A stretch of 56,348 bases of DNA, from the NCBI GenBank assembly GCA_020348985.1, contig CP070761.1, forward strand, positions 1-56,348. The letters run 5' to 3'. Shown piece after piece: positions 9,204 through 18,290 of the stretch. Positions within the stretch are counted from its first letter, which is position 1; each line of letters begins with the position of its first letter. Origin of the DNA: Candidatus Thorarchaeota archaeon. Its GTDB lineage: Archaea; Asgardarchaeota; Thorarchaeia; Thorarchaeales; Thorarchaeaceae. The notes beneath the pieces are model-generated. The model was not told the DNA's origin and made no database searches. It saw nothing but the letters and a program-made list of their open reading frames with translations. The position numbers were made by a program, and so were the translations under genes.

Positions 9204-9807
9204 CAGTGTTCAGTTCCTCTGTCATTACTCTGACTGCAAGTTTCTGGTTAATCCAGACAAGTGCAGTGGAGACTGGCATTCTTGCAATGTCCTCTTTGGC
9301 ATATGGTCCATATGTCCTTCCGTCAAGACCTTCCGCAGGAATGTCTGTTGGCTTCAGAAACCTCACTGTGACATAATCTAGTTCGCCACTATCAGACGCT
9401 GAGGAAACACCTATTTCATCCTCAGATCTAAGGTTGGAGACTCCTGCACCCGACATGGACTCGCTGACAAACTCTTCGTGGCCTTTAAAACCCCTCAAAA
9501 GACGGTTGTAGAACTCCTCCTCGGGAAGAGTCATGATACCTTGGGGGCGTCGGAGCTCCAAAGCCGCCGCTAGGATCTTATCCCTTCGCAACATCAGCAA
9601 ATCTCTGAGCATGTATTCTAGGTTTTGTCCCTCTTGACTGAGAAGGCTAGATTGGAGTTCATCCTTAGCTGCAGCGAGAGACAGACGAATCTTTGAAAGA
9701 TATGCAATCATCTTGTTAAGTCGCAAATCCTCCAATGGCTGGAGCAGTCTACTCTCTACTTCTTTCGTCCATACTTCTTGTATTTCCTCATACTTCGGGT
9801 CAGTCAA
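9196..9807 (-). CDS. GINS subunit, Gins51 (Sld5/Psf1-like, A-B domain order)
   Basis: Helical A domain (RRDKIL...MTLPEEEFY) followed by a beta B domain (VRFLKPTDIPAEGLDGRTYGPYAKEDIARMP); conserved position downstream of priS. Confidence 0.88.
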   Translation of the reverse strand: MTDPKYEEIQEVWTKEVESRLLQPLEDLRLNKMIAYLSKIRLSLAAAKDELQSSLLSQEGQNLEYMLRDLLMLRRDKILAAALELRRPQGIMTLPEEEFYNRLLRGFKGHEEFVSESMSGAGVSNLRSEDEIGVSSASDSGELDYVTVRFLKPTDIPAEGLDGRTYGPYAKEDIARMPVSTALVWINQKLAVRVMTEELNTGV

Positions 9808-11179
9808 TACGTGCAACTCCCTTGCAGATTAGAAACATTGCAGCTGCCATGGGTAGCTCTACCACCTGGTCCAAATAAGGACCAAATATGTCATCACCAA
9901 TTCTGAATTCGGGTACTGCAATGGTCTTCTCCGATACTCTGACTTTGAGTTCTCCTTCCTTGAATGCTATAGCATCGTCGAATGGATCGAAATCGTCTAT
10001 TTGATCGCGGTGTAGACATGTGACTTCGAATCCAGTTTTTCCATTGAGACTTCCTATTAGTCTTATTACCCTGTGAATGTCATGGGTTACCGGAACGTCG
10101 ATTTCACCACCATAATTGGCAACAGCCAGTACCGCTATCTCCTGCCACGATTTGACGCCGACTTGCTTCACTTTCCGACTGAGTATTGGAGGATTCTGCA
10201 AGAGACCTTCTAGGGCCTCTGACTTGTGCTTCTTAAGTGGTTGAACCCAGCGTTCGGATCCTGTGTAGGAGTCGATGTTTCTGATGAATTCGACGAGTGC
10301 ATCTGCCGTTTTTCCCGCCCAGCCCATCCCATTCCTGTCTGAAATGACTCGGCCCTGACCTTGCTGGAAGACAATCTTCTGGCTGTTGAAGCCAAGACCT
10401 GCGATGTGATGGATAATCTCCATTCTAGCATGGGCATTGAGCTTGAATACAGAAGGATCCAATACACGGATATGATAGCCACGGTGTCCACTGTAGTTCA
10501 ATACAATTTTCTCAGAAGTGATTCCTAAATCACCTGCTAGGAATTCATCGACTATCTTTACTGTGTTGTCCTTTGCCTTGCCTAAACAGTTGTTACAAAC
10601 CCACTTCCGGCTGCTGAAACTGAGGCCGCCGCAGCTGGGGCATCCCTCGGATGGAGGGTTTCCTTTTCCGGTCTCGCTGCATTCCTTGTTCTTGCATTTC
10701 CACGAATCATGGTCTTTGGTACATTCAACCTCAAGATGATCTGCGTCAATGTCGAAGACCAGCTCTGCGCCTTGCCATTGTTTCTCATGCATATGACGAG
10801 CCACGGGATAGCTGTAGTAGGCAGCCGAATGGTAGACACTGGGTGGAGCCAAAGATACTAGCTCCTTGATCAGCGAATCGTGACTTCGGAATCCAATGTG
10901 CCGTGACCAATTTGTCACTTGGATGTCCGAGGAACCACAGTTGGGGCAAGCAGCAATCTTGGTGTATGTTGTTCCAGATTGGCCACAGCCAACAGACACT
11001 GTCTTACCGTTCTCATCCTGCTCGGTTCGTTGCGAACATTTCCACGCATAATCCCATCGCTCTATTCCAAATTCCCTCATGTGGATCTTGTTTGGTGTGT
11101 CGACCTTGTCTTTGTTTTCGAGATAATATTCTTGGAACTTCAGCCGCAGAAAGTCAATCTCTCTCACTCGCTTTGACAA
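9800..11179 (-). CDS. priS: DNA primase small (catalytic) subunit with extra Cys-rich insertions
   Basis: Motifs REFG, VYHSAAYY, ELVFDIDAD, YSGHRGYH and IDVPVTHDIHRVIRL. Confidence 0.93.
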   Translation of the reverse strand: MSKRVREIDFLRLKFQEYYLENKDKVDTPNKIHMREFGIERWDYAWKCSQRTEQDENGKTVSVGCGQSGTTYTKIAACPNCGSSDIQVTNWSRHIGFRSHDSLIKELVSLAPPSVYHSAAYYSYPVARHMHEKQWQGAELVFDIDADHLEVECTKDHDSWKCKNKECSETGKGNPPSEGCPSCGGLSFSSRKWVCNNCLGKAKDNTVKIVDEFLAGDLGITSEKIVLNYSGHRGYHIRVLDPSVFKLNAHARMEIIHHIAGLGFNSQKIVFQQGQGRVISDRNGMGWAGKTADALVEFIRNIDSYTGSERWVQPLKKHKSEALEGLLQNPPILSRKVKQVGVKSWQEIAVLAVANYGGEIDVPVTHDIHRVIRLIGSLNGKTGFEVTCLHRDQIDDFDPFDDAIAFKEGELKVRVSEKTIAVPEFRIGDDIFGPYLDQVVELPMAAAMFLICKGVARID

Positions 11180-11293
11180 GGCCGAGTCATCTCCTCAAAA
11201 TGTCCTTCAGGCTCTATCCCAATTGTCACAGAAATAGGTTGATACTTTTGCTTCGTCATCCAACAATTCAGTATCACTGAAGGAATTCTCATG

Positions 11294-12046
11294 CTATCTT
11301 CGTTCCACTCGAGGTGCTAGAATGAAGTTTATGGTGCCTGCCTCTGCAATAGCAAACTCCAGCATCATGGGCTGGTCAGAACTGAATTGCAATGTTATGC
11401 TATCACTTGACATTGCCTTGGTGATATCAGACAGATAGTTCAATGCATAGATTGCTTGTGAGTCGTTCTTCACTTCCAAATCAAAGAGTGACGAGTCGTC
11501 TCCAACCTTGAGCGCAACTTCTGCTTCGCCTGTGTCACCTTCTCCGGCGAAGGTCAACATCTTGCCACCCGCCTTCACTTTGACATGAATCGACACGACA
11601 CCTATGTCCTTAACAGCCTGCTTGAAAGCATCGGCAAACATCTCGGCCTTGACGTCGAACTTCAGGTTCGGCTTCTTTCCCTTGCTATCGGGAGGAGTCA
11701 GAAGCTGAAGCTTGAATCTTCTTTCAGCGGCCCCTAGCATCTTTATCTCAAATCGCTGGTCTGCCTTGTCGAGATTGAATTCGAGTCTATCGTCTCCAGC
11801 CATTCGTTTACTGACTTTCGTCAGCTCATCAACACCAAGACAGACTTCATGTTCCCCCTCACAGCTGTATTCTTGAAACACTCCGGCGGGAAGCTTGAGA
11901 TCTATCATAGCGGCTTTTGCGGGGTCAAACTGACGAAGTGTAAGTCCCTTTTCATCGATAGTGAATAGGGCCTCTGTCAAAAGCGTAGCCAAAGCGTCCA
12001 CTATCTGTTTCCATGTCTTGCTACTATCGAGGGTTGCATGAAACAA
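11294..12046 (-). CDS. pcn: PCNA sliding clamp
   Basis: 250 aa; DPAKAAMIDLKLP..FQEY and C-terminal FILAPRVE. Confidence 0.95.
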   Translation of the reverse strand: MFHATLDSSKTWKQIVDALATLLTEALFTIDEKGLTLRQFDPAKAAMIDLKLPAGVFQEYSCEGEHEVCLGVDELTKVSKRMAGDDRLEFNLDKADQRFEIKMLGAAERRFKLQLLTPPDSKGKKPNLKFDVKAEMFADAFKQAVKDIGVVSIHVKVKAGGKMLTFAGEGDTGEAEVALKVGDDSSLFDLEVKNDSQAIYALNYLSDITKAMSSDSITLQFSSDQPMMLEFAIAEAGTINFILAPRVERR

Positions 12047-12059
12047 GTTTCATCCTCCT

Positions 12060-12431
12060 TTATCGTGTGAGTGCTTGGGTAACTCTCTCTTCTAGTTCGC
12101 GGACTTCCTTATACAGTTTGATGTCAAGCGTGTTGACGTTGTGAGCGATGGAAACTTCCAGTCTTATCTCCTTGCCGTTGTCCGTCTTCTTCTCTGTCAC
12201 GGTACCAACTAGAAGGTATTTCTCGTCAACTTTGAGTGTTCCTTCGACAATGGCCCAGATTGATGCGGCTTTTTCTACATCATCAAAGATATCCTGGACC
12301 AAAGCAACACCTGGATCAGATTTGAGTACAAAGGCGAGCAATCTGACTGGGCCCGATGTTCCGCTTGAAAGGTCTCGGACTCGGACAAGTGGAGCGGATT
12401 GGGCACGGGGAAAACTCTTCTCCTCGGTCAA
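12060..12431 (-). CDS. Single OB-fold protein, RPA14/Rpa3-like replication protein A small subunit
   Basis: TTG start at 12431 after a GGTGA SD (123 aa). OB-fold strands plus a C-terminal helix (NTLDIKLYKEVRELEER) resemble the trimerisation helix of Thermococcales RPA14 as I recall it. Directly upstream of PCNA. Confidence 0.65.
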   Translation of the reverse strand: MTEEKSFPRAQSAPLVRVRDLSSGTSGPVRLLAFVLKSDPGVALVQDIFDDVEKAASIWAIVEGTLKVDEKYLLVGTVTEKKTDNGKEIRLEVSIAHNVNTLDIKLYKEVRELEERVTQALTR

Positions 12432-12493
12432 GCTGTGCTCACCGTCAAAACAGAATCCAACATGGTTGGATAATAAGTCCACCGTTGGAATAG

Positions 12494-12841
12494 TCAGCCG
12501 CCGTAGTTTCGCCAAGTATGTTTGCATTTGACACAACGATAGAATTCTGTTGCGCCTTCGTCACCCCTTCTTGTTTGAACGGTCCAATAGTATGCTTCGT
12601 TGTTCCCACACTTTGGACAATTCTCGGCGGTTGTGGGCATCGGTATGGAGTTGTCTTCGACTACAACAATCTTGTCACGAGGAGTTCTCTCAATGTTCTG
12701 TGTAACTGTGAGTTTGCCCGCCAGAGTCTTGGTTGCGCCACAGCTACGGCACTTCAGGACACGTGTGCCATCTTCTTCTGTTGCGGGGATCATCATAGCG
12801 CCACACTTGTCACAGAACTCCATGTTTTGATTCTCCACCAT
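12494..12841 (-). CDS. tfs: Transcription factor S (TFS/RpoM)
   Basis: Two zinc ribbons (CDKC/CRSC and CPKC/CVKC) with the catalytic QTRRGDE hairpin. Confidence 0.95.
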   Translation of the reverse strand: MVENQNMEFCDKCGAMMIPATEEDGTRVLKCRSCGATKTLAGKLTVTQNIERTPRDKIVVVEDNSIPMPTTAENCPKCGNNEAYYWTVQTRRGDEGATEFYRCVKCKHTWRNYGG

Positions 12842-12875
12842 TCATTGGCTTCGGGCATTCCCAAATTAAGGATTC

Positions 12876-13307
12876 CTAAGCGTCACGGGAAAGAATTGAG
12901 GTTATTTTGGGAATGAGAATTTCTAGAAAGGCCTTGAATGCCTTTGTTGCGGTGTCTGCCTCTTTCTTTCTACTTGTCTTCTTGTCAAGTTCCAATTGCT
13001 TGGATAGGAACTCAGCCGCTTCTTCTATCGAGATTTCACCATTCAGCCAGAGAAATGCTACAATCGCTTCGTAGGCGTCGCCTGCAGCACCCATGTCAGT
13101 CCTACGTCGCAAGTGACGATACGCTGCTGTCGAACGTATGGCTTTTGCTAATACATCATCTCTGACCTTTTCGCCGGCAAGGGAACCAGTAGCAAGTGAC
13201 TTTCCCAGGGAGTAGAATAGATTGACCAGAGCGTCACCCAGCTTTGCTAGACCCTTGTCATTCACAATCTCCTCGATAGAGGCGTGATTCGTGAATGAGG
13301 GCCACAT
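12876..13307 (-). CDS. Archaeal ribonuclease III family (mini-III-like) protein
   Basis: Signatures DKGLAKLGDALVNL and GDAYEA; known position between rpoL and tfs. Confidence 0.8.
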   Translation of the reverse strand: MWPSFTNHASIEEIVNDKGLAKLGDALVNLFYSLGKSLATGSLAGEKVRDDVLAKAIRSTAAYRHLRRRTDMGAAGDAYEAIVAFLWLNGEISIEEAAEFLSKQLELDKKTSRKKEADTATKAFKAFLEILIPKITSILSRDA

Positions 13308-13343
13308 GTCGCCATAACGCCTCTTTCGGACTTGGTACCAAGG

Positions 13344-13640
13344 TTAATCTACACTGTGGTCAGACAATGCTTGAGCAAACTTCTTTCGGAATTCCTCAGT
13401 CCGTGCAAGCACTGTCTCGAGACCTTCTCGGAGCACAACAGCGGGCTGCCTTCGTTTAGTCCTTAGTGTGACAACGGGACTTGATAGCAAAGGATGTTCT
13501 ATGTTGTATCCGGCAAACTCAACTCCGGAAAGCTCCAATAATGTCTTTCGCAGCAAATTGCAGAAAGAATGCCCTTCATCCTGAAATTCAATCTTTATCT
13601 CTTGCTTTGAGCTCTCGACTAGTCGTGGTTTCATTTTCAT
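13344..13640 (-). CDS. rpoL: RNA polymerase subunit L (Rpo11)
   Basis: EGHSFCNLLRKTL and FAGYNIEHPL. Confidence 0.95.
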   Translation of the reverse strand: MKMKPRLVESSKQEIKIEFQDEGHSFCNLLRKTLLELSGVEFAGYNIEHPLLSSPVVTLRTKRRQPAVVLREGLETVLARTEEFRKKFAQALSDHSVD

Positions 13641-14410
13641 CTTCTCCCTCTGTCATGAGAGAAGCCTCTTCGGCCTCCCTCTCTACGGTCGCCGCTCCTT
13701 CCTCCACGCCGGTCCGAGTATCTACGGTTCTCTCTGTCGTCAGAGTCCCGGGAACGGTAACGACGAGGACCGCGAGAATCTCGTCGGTCATCATAAGATC
13801 TTCTTCTTGGTGCCAGGTCAACTCTGACTTCAAGACCAAAAGATGCACCATAGTCATTGGTGACCTCCCGGGTTTCTCGATTTTCACACCTTAGGCAGAT
13901 CATATTGTTACGAGTTGTCAATGTAAGCTCGTGACCACATCTCTTGCAGCTTGCGTGTATAACGCCGAGTTCGGGGCCAACTAGGCTGAGTTGTATCGGA
14001 ATCTCATGCGTATTCAGAGCCACACCCCTTACAATATCACCTGATTGAAGAACGTCCAGCATCGACCTCACGAATCGACGAGTGACATTGTTGATGCGTA
14101 TCTCCCCGAGAATCGGACTAGATGTGTCCTTCCCGTTGCGCTTTACAATTGTCACTTCTGCTCGCTGATCAAAAGCACTAGTCACTTCCCCAACAAGGAT
14201 GTCACCTTTCTCGGGTAATGCTAGTTGCATACTTCCATCTGGATTCACGACCTTAATGCTGCGGTTCTTGAGATCTAACGAACATTGACCGAAAGTGGCG
14301 GCATATACGACGCCGTCTCTTTCATAGGTGCCATAGCCCGGGGTCATCTCTTCAATGACACATAGTTGATCTCCCGGAACGACAATGTCACCGCTTTTCA
14401 CATCAGCCAT
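13637..14410 (-). CDS. csl4: Exosome RNA-binding subunit Csl4 with an R/D/G/S-rich C-terminal tail
   Basis: VVPGDQL..EEM.PG.GTYE, an S1 domain, and LGVIHASCKRC...CLRC zinc ribbon. ATG at 14410. Confidence 0.93.
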   Translation of the reverse strand: MADVKSGDIVVPGDQLCVIEEMTPGYGTYERDGVVYAATFGQCSLDLKNRSIKVVNPDGSMQLALPEKGDILVGEVTSAFDQRAEVTIVKRNGKDTSSPILGEIRINNVTRRFVRSMLDVLQSGDIVRGVALNTHEIPIQLSLVGPELGVIHASCKRCGHELTLTTRNNMICLRCENRETREVTNDYGASFGLEVRVDLAPRRRSYDDRRDSRGPRRYRSRDSDDRENRRYSDRRGGRSGDRREGGRRGFSHDRGRR

Positions 14411-15077
14411 TGTTATCACTCTCTTTCTTGCATATACGGTATAGGTCAACTGTTGTTAGATGAATTCGTTTCTTATGGAACTTGTAGATCCTCGGAATTG
14501 GGAATTCGAATGTTTCTATTTGGGTTATTTCTCCCCCCAAACGCTCTATGGCGGTGGCGAGGAATGTTCTGTTCTTATCACCGGACAGGTGAATACTGTA
14601 TGTCACATTGGCAATTGACATTGCCTTACTCAGGAACACAACGTCTGCGCCTCTCTTTTTGACACCAAAGGGCGGGTTGCTCAGTACAGTATCTACGGGA
14701 CCCCTTAGTATCTGAGAGGATACGTCTCCTAAGACGAGATCTATTGTGTCATCCATCCCGAGCATGTCGGAATTCTTTTGAGCCTCCTTTAAGGCTTTGG
14801 ATTGCACATCCACGCCAATTACATGCTTAGCACCCAGAAGTGCGGCCCCTATTGCGAATACTCCGTCACCGCAGCCCAAATCGCATACTGTTCTGTTGAC
14901 TATGTCATTGTGTTCAATCTCTGCGGCATATAGGATTGCTGCTGCAATATTCGGCGGTGTAGGGTACTGTTCGAGATTGACTTCGTATTCGGAGAGTCTG
15001 TGAATTGATTGTAATTGCATCTCCAAGTCCTTGAGCCGCAGCAAGTGAACCACCTGCGTTTGTTTCTTTGGAGACAC
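14403..15077 (-). CDS. METTL5-family RNA N6-adenine methyltransferase
   Basis: LEQYPTP, DLGCGDG, NPPFG and YSIH motifs. Confidence 0.9.
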   Translation of the reverse strand: MSPKKQTQVVHLLRLKDLEMQLQSIHRLSEYEVNLEQYPTPPNIAAAILYAAEIEHNDIVNRTVCDLGCGDGVFAIGAALLGAKHVIGVDVQSKALKEAQKNSDMLGMDDTIDLVLGDVSSQILRGPVDTVLSNPPFGVKKRGADVVFLSKAMSIANVTYSIHLSGDKNRTFLATAIERLGGEITQIETFEFPIPRIYKFHKKRIHLTTVDLYRICKKESDNNG

Positions 15078-15150
15078 AATGGGTCTAGCCTCAAGAACCC
15101 TCCGAATGCTTGGAGTAGCGAAAGATGTAATACGTGGTTTTATCTCTGTC

Positions 15151-15192
15151 TCCAGTGGAAGCGAAGGTGTTCCATTGGAAATCCAGTGGAAC
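15151..15192 (+). promoter_or_regulatory. Three tandem ORB/mini-ORB (Orc1/Cdc6-binding) boxes upstream of cdc6
   Basis: TCCAGTGGAAGCGAAGGTG (15151), TTCCATTGGAAA (15170) and TCCAGTGGAAC (15182) match the archaeal ORB core TCCAnTGGAA. A TATA-like TTTTATC lies at about 15138. Confidence 0.75.
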
Positions 15193-15221
15193 TGTCCTCA
15201 GTTTCTCTTGGAGGAGATGGA

Positions 15222-16481
15222 TTGACTCAGCCACCTAAACTTGACAAGTTGTTTGACAAATTTCTACAGGGCCAAGCCATTTTCAAGGATAGAGATGCAC
15301 TCAGGCCCACATATGTACCCGACGAACTCCCATTTAGGGATGAACAGATGAACAGGATTGGTTCGATATTGGGACCGGCGCTGAGAGGCGCGCCGCCTTC
15401 GAATATCCTCTGTTATGGCAAAACTGGAACGGGAAAGACCGTAGTAGCTAGCTATGTGTTGCGACTACTGGTGGATAAGGCGAAGCAGAGTGATGTCAAG
15501 CCGCCAATGACTGCTTTTGTCAATTGCCGGATTGTCGGTACGAACTATCGTGTTCTGAGAAAGCTCTGCGATGACATTCAAGCCCGGATGCCAGATGGAT
15601 CAGAGGTGCCCTTCACGGGACTTCCAACTGATGAAATCAGATCCATTTTGAAGAGAAAGCTTGATGGAGAGAGAAATATACTAGTCGTTGTTTTAGATGA
15701 AGTCGATAGTCTTGTCAAACGGGACGTAAGTCAAGGAAATGATATTCTATATGGTCTCACACGAATGAATGGTGAGCTTGAGAATAGCCGAATTTCAATC
15801 ATTGGCATTAGCAACGATCTCAAGTTCAAGGAGATGCTTGATCCACGAGTGCTATCCACGCTAGGTGAAGAAGAAGTTGTTTTTGCCCCATACAACGCGG
15901 TCGAGCTGAGAGGAATACTAGAGCAGCGAGTAGAGTTGGCTTTCAATCCCAAAGCAGTTGCAGATGAAGGAGTGATTAACCTCGTAGGCGCACTTGCAGC
16001 CCAAGAGCATGGTGATGCGAGAAGAGCGCTGGATCTTCTCAGGACAGCTGGAGAATTGGCTGAGAGAAAGGGCGATGAAAGAGTCACTCAAGAACACGTT
16101 CGAGAAGGCCAGAAACTGATTGAGAGGGACACTATTACAGAGACTGTGAAGACTCTGCCAATGCAATCAAGGGCTGTCCTATTTTCCGTATACGTTTTGG
16201 CTAGTGGAGGCAAGCGTGAGATTTTCACAGGTGAGTGCTATAATGCCTACGAGGAGATAGCTAGAGCACTGTCTCTTGATACCTTGACCCAACGAAGAGT
16301 GAGCGATCTAATCAGTGAGTTGGATATGCTGGGATTGATTAACACGACAGTCATCTCAAAGGGGAGATACGGACGCACAAAGAAAATCCGACTAGCCGTC
16401 AGCAAGAAGCAAATTGGTGCGATTCTGGATGAGGATGTGCGACTAAGCAAGATTGCTGAGGATATAACAGGTAAGGGGTAG
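15222..16481 (+). CDS. cdc6: Orc1/Cdc6 replication initiator (Orc1-1 type)
   Basis: Walker A GKTGTGKT, Walker B LDEVD, GDARRALDLL, winged helix TQRRVSDLISEL..SKGRYGRT. TTG start at 15222 after GGAGGAG. Confidence 0.95.
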   Translation: MTQPPKLDKLFDKFLQGQAIFKDRDALRPTYVPDELPFRDEQMNRIGSILGPALRGAPPSNILCYGKTGTGKTVVASYVLRLLVDKAKQSDVKPPMTAFVNCRIVGTNYRVLRKLCDDIQARMPDGSEVPFTGLPTDEIRSILKRKLDGERNILVVVLDEVDSLVKRDVSQGNDILYGLTRMNGELENSRISIIGISNDLKFKEMLDPRVLSTLGEEEVVFAPYNAVELRGILEQRVELAFNPKAVADEGVINLVGALAAQEHGDARRALDLLRTAGELAERKGDERVTQEHVREGQKLIERDTITETVKTLPMQSRAVLFSVYVLASGGKREIFTGECYNAYEEIARALSLDTLTQRRVSDLISELDMLGLINTTVISKGRYGRTKKIRLAVSKKQIGAILDEDVRLSKIAEDITGKG

Positions 16482-16492
16482 AGTCCTTAAGA

Positions 16493-18124
16493 TCAGCTCT
16501 TCGAGGATACTTCAATCCTCTCAACATCATAGAAGAACTTCAGTGTAGGTGCACCTGTGCGCAAATTGAGCAACGTGACCATTCCTGGTGTTGGCTCAAT
16601 TCCCTGCTTACGCATGAACTCTGTCTGAGACTGGAATGTGCCTGAATTCACAATCTGGACCCCACGATAGTTGTCTACTGCATAATGATGAGCATGACCA
16701 AAATGTACCACATCAGGAGGTGTATCAATAACCATCCAGTCACGATGAAGGGGCGCCAATTCTGTCTTGCCTCCATATAGAGGTACAAGATGGCGCTTCT
16801 TCAGCAAGCTCTTCATAGGCGTTGCGGGATCAGCATATGAGGCTCCAGGGATGTTTGTTACCAAGTCATCAATACTGTCACCATGCGTCAAGAGGATGTT
16901 GACTCCTTCCACTGTTACGTGGCTTGGGTCACCAAGCATTATCATCTTGTCTCCCAGTTCGTAGAGAGGGGCGGCGAAGTCTTCTGGAATTGGAGGTTTT
17001 GGTAATGCTTGTCTCACGGCATCGTGATTCCCTGGGATACAGAGTATCTTGATGTGGTCTGGAATCTGGGCCAGCTTCTCTGCAAGATGATCATACTGGT
17101 CATAGATGCTTGTGAGCAACAGATCTGGTTTCTGAGTTGGGTATACTCCCACTCCGTCCACCAGGTCGCCGGCGATGAAGAGATATCGAATCTTTGAAAC
17201 CATGTCCTTTTCAGAAGGAAGATAGTTGTGGCCACTTATCCAATCAATGAAACTATCAAACTCGTCTTCCAAGAATTCCTTGCTGCCACAATGAATGTCA
17301 GAGATGAATGCTGCATAGACATCACGGCTGGCCCTACCAGGATCTCGCGCCGTGGGAATGTCCGGAAAAATCACGTCCTCAGCAATCATTCGCGCATCTT
17401 GATCTACACGTCCGGACACGCAAATCACTTCGTCAAGAAGAATGGAATTTCCTTTGTGAGCTAGCTCCTTCCCTTTCAATCCAGTCCGACTTGCGGGAAC
17501 CACACAGAGAATCGTTGATTCGGCGTCCTCCAATTCCACAATCACATTTCGTGATCTTGAGACACTCTTGTTCTTCACAAGCCCTATCCCTTTCTGAACC
17601 GATGGGCGGCGTGATCTGACTCCTTCCTTGACCAGAAGTTCACGCTGCCGCATGTCACTTCCATCCTGCCTAAGAACACTCAAAGGCACTGCATCTTGTG
17701 TGTCTACTCTTCTCATGTAGATCTGCTTGATTCGGCGGAACCTATCTTTGAAGAGAGCAAGAAAATCCTCCACTGTCCCCTCTGAAGCAACGGACTCCAT
17801 GCTTGGATTCTTGATAATCACTATGGCATGAGATTGTGCCTCTTCCTCTATCTCTTCTGGATCATCAATATCTGAGCTGTCGAATTGATCTACTTCGATC
17901 TCTGTGGGTCTTTTGGATGCCTTTGTTCTACCCTCAAGTACAGCTGCAAGATAATCCTGAGAGATTACGGTTGGATGCTGCAATTGGTTCGTAGTACGTA
18001 CAAGTTCTTCGATGGCCTCTTCTGGGGACGTCATCTTCATTATTTGATCAAGAGCATCAGGGGCAATCTGAAGTCCAGATTTCATGAGACGTCGGAGAAT
18101 GGTTTGACGCGAAAGAGAGGTCAC
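16493..18124 (-). CDS. polB: DNA polymerase D small subunit DP1 (proofreading exonuclease)
   Basis: Phosphoesterase motifs SDIH, GDLVDG, GNHD, HGD, GHAH and NSGTFQSQT. GTG start at 18124 after GGTGA. Confidence 0.93.
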   Translation of the reverse strand: MTSLSRQTILRRLMKSGLQIAPDALDQIMKMTSPEEAIEELVRTTNQLQHPTVISQDYLAAVLEGRTKASKRPTEIEVDQFDSSDIDDPEEIEEEAQSHAIVIIKNPSMESVASEGTVEDFLALFKDRFRRIKQIYMRRVDTQDAVPLSVLRQDGSDMRQRELLVKEGVRSRRPSVQKGIGLVKNKSVSRSRNVIVELEDAESTILCVVPASRTGLKGKELAHKGNSILLDEVICVSGRVDQDARMIAEDVIFPDIPTARDPGRASRDVYAAFISDIHCGSKEFLEDEFDSFIDWISGHNYLPSEKDMVSKIRYLFIAGDLVDGVGVYPTQKPDLLLTSIYDQYDHLAEKLAQIPDHIKILCIPGNHDAVRQALPKPPIPEDFAAPLYELGDKMIMLGDPSHVTVEGVNILLTHGDSIDDLVTNIPGASYADPATPMKSLLKKRHLVPLYGGKTELAPLHRDWMVIDTPPDVVHFGHAHHYAVDNYRGVQIVNSGTFQSQTEFMRKQGIEPTPGMVTLLNLRTGAPTLKFFYDVERIEVSSKS

Positions 18125-18290
18125 TTTAGAATCACCAGAATGGAAAACCTGAACCGATTTTAAATATCCGCAATGCGTCCTTTCTTGTTTCATCTTCCAA
18201 TCAATGATGCATTGCGAGACAGCCAACAAGGGTAATAAGAATGCCAACATCCTATCATTTGGCGCCAGGGAACAAAGGTGGAACAGGACC

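Noticed and set aside
15015-15221. 69-aa N-terminal extension of Cdc6 in the ORF track
   Set aside because: It overlaps the divergent METTL5 gene and the ORB/promoter region; the SD-supported TTG at 15222 is the better start.
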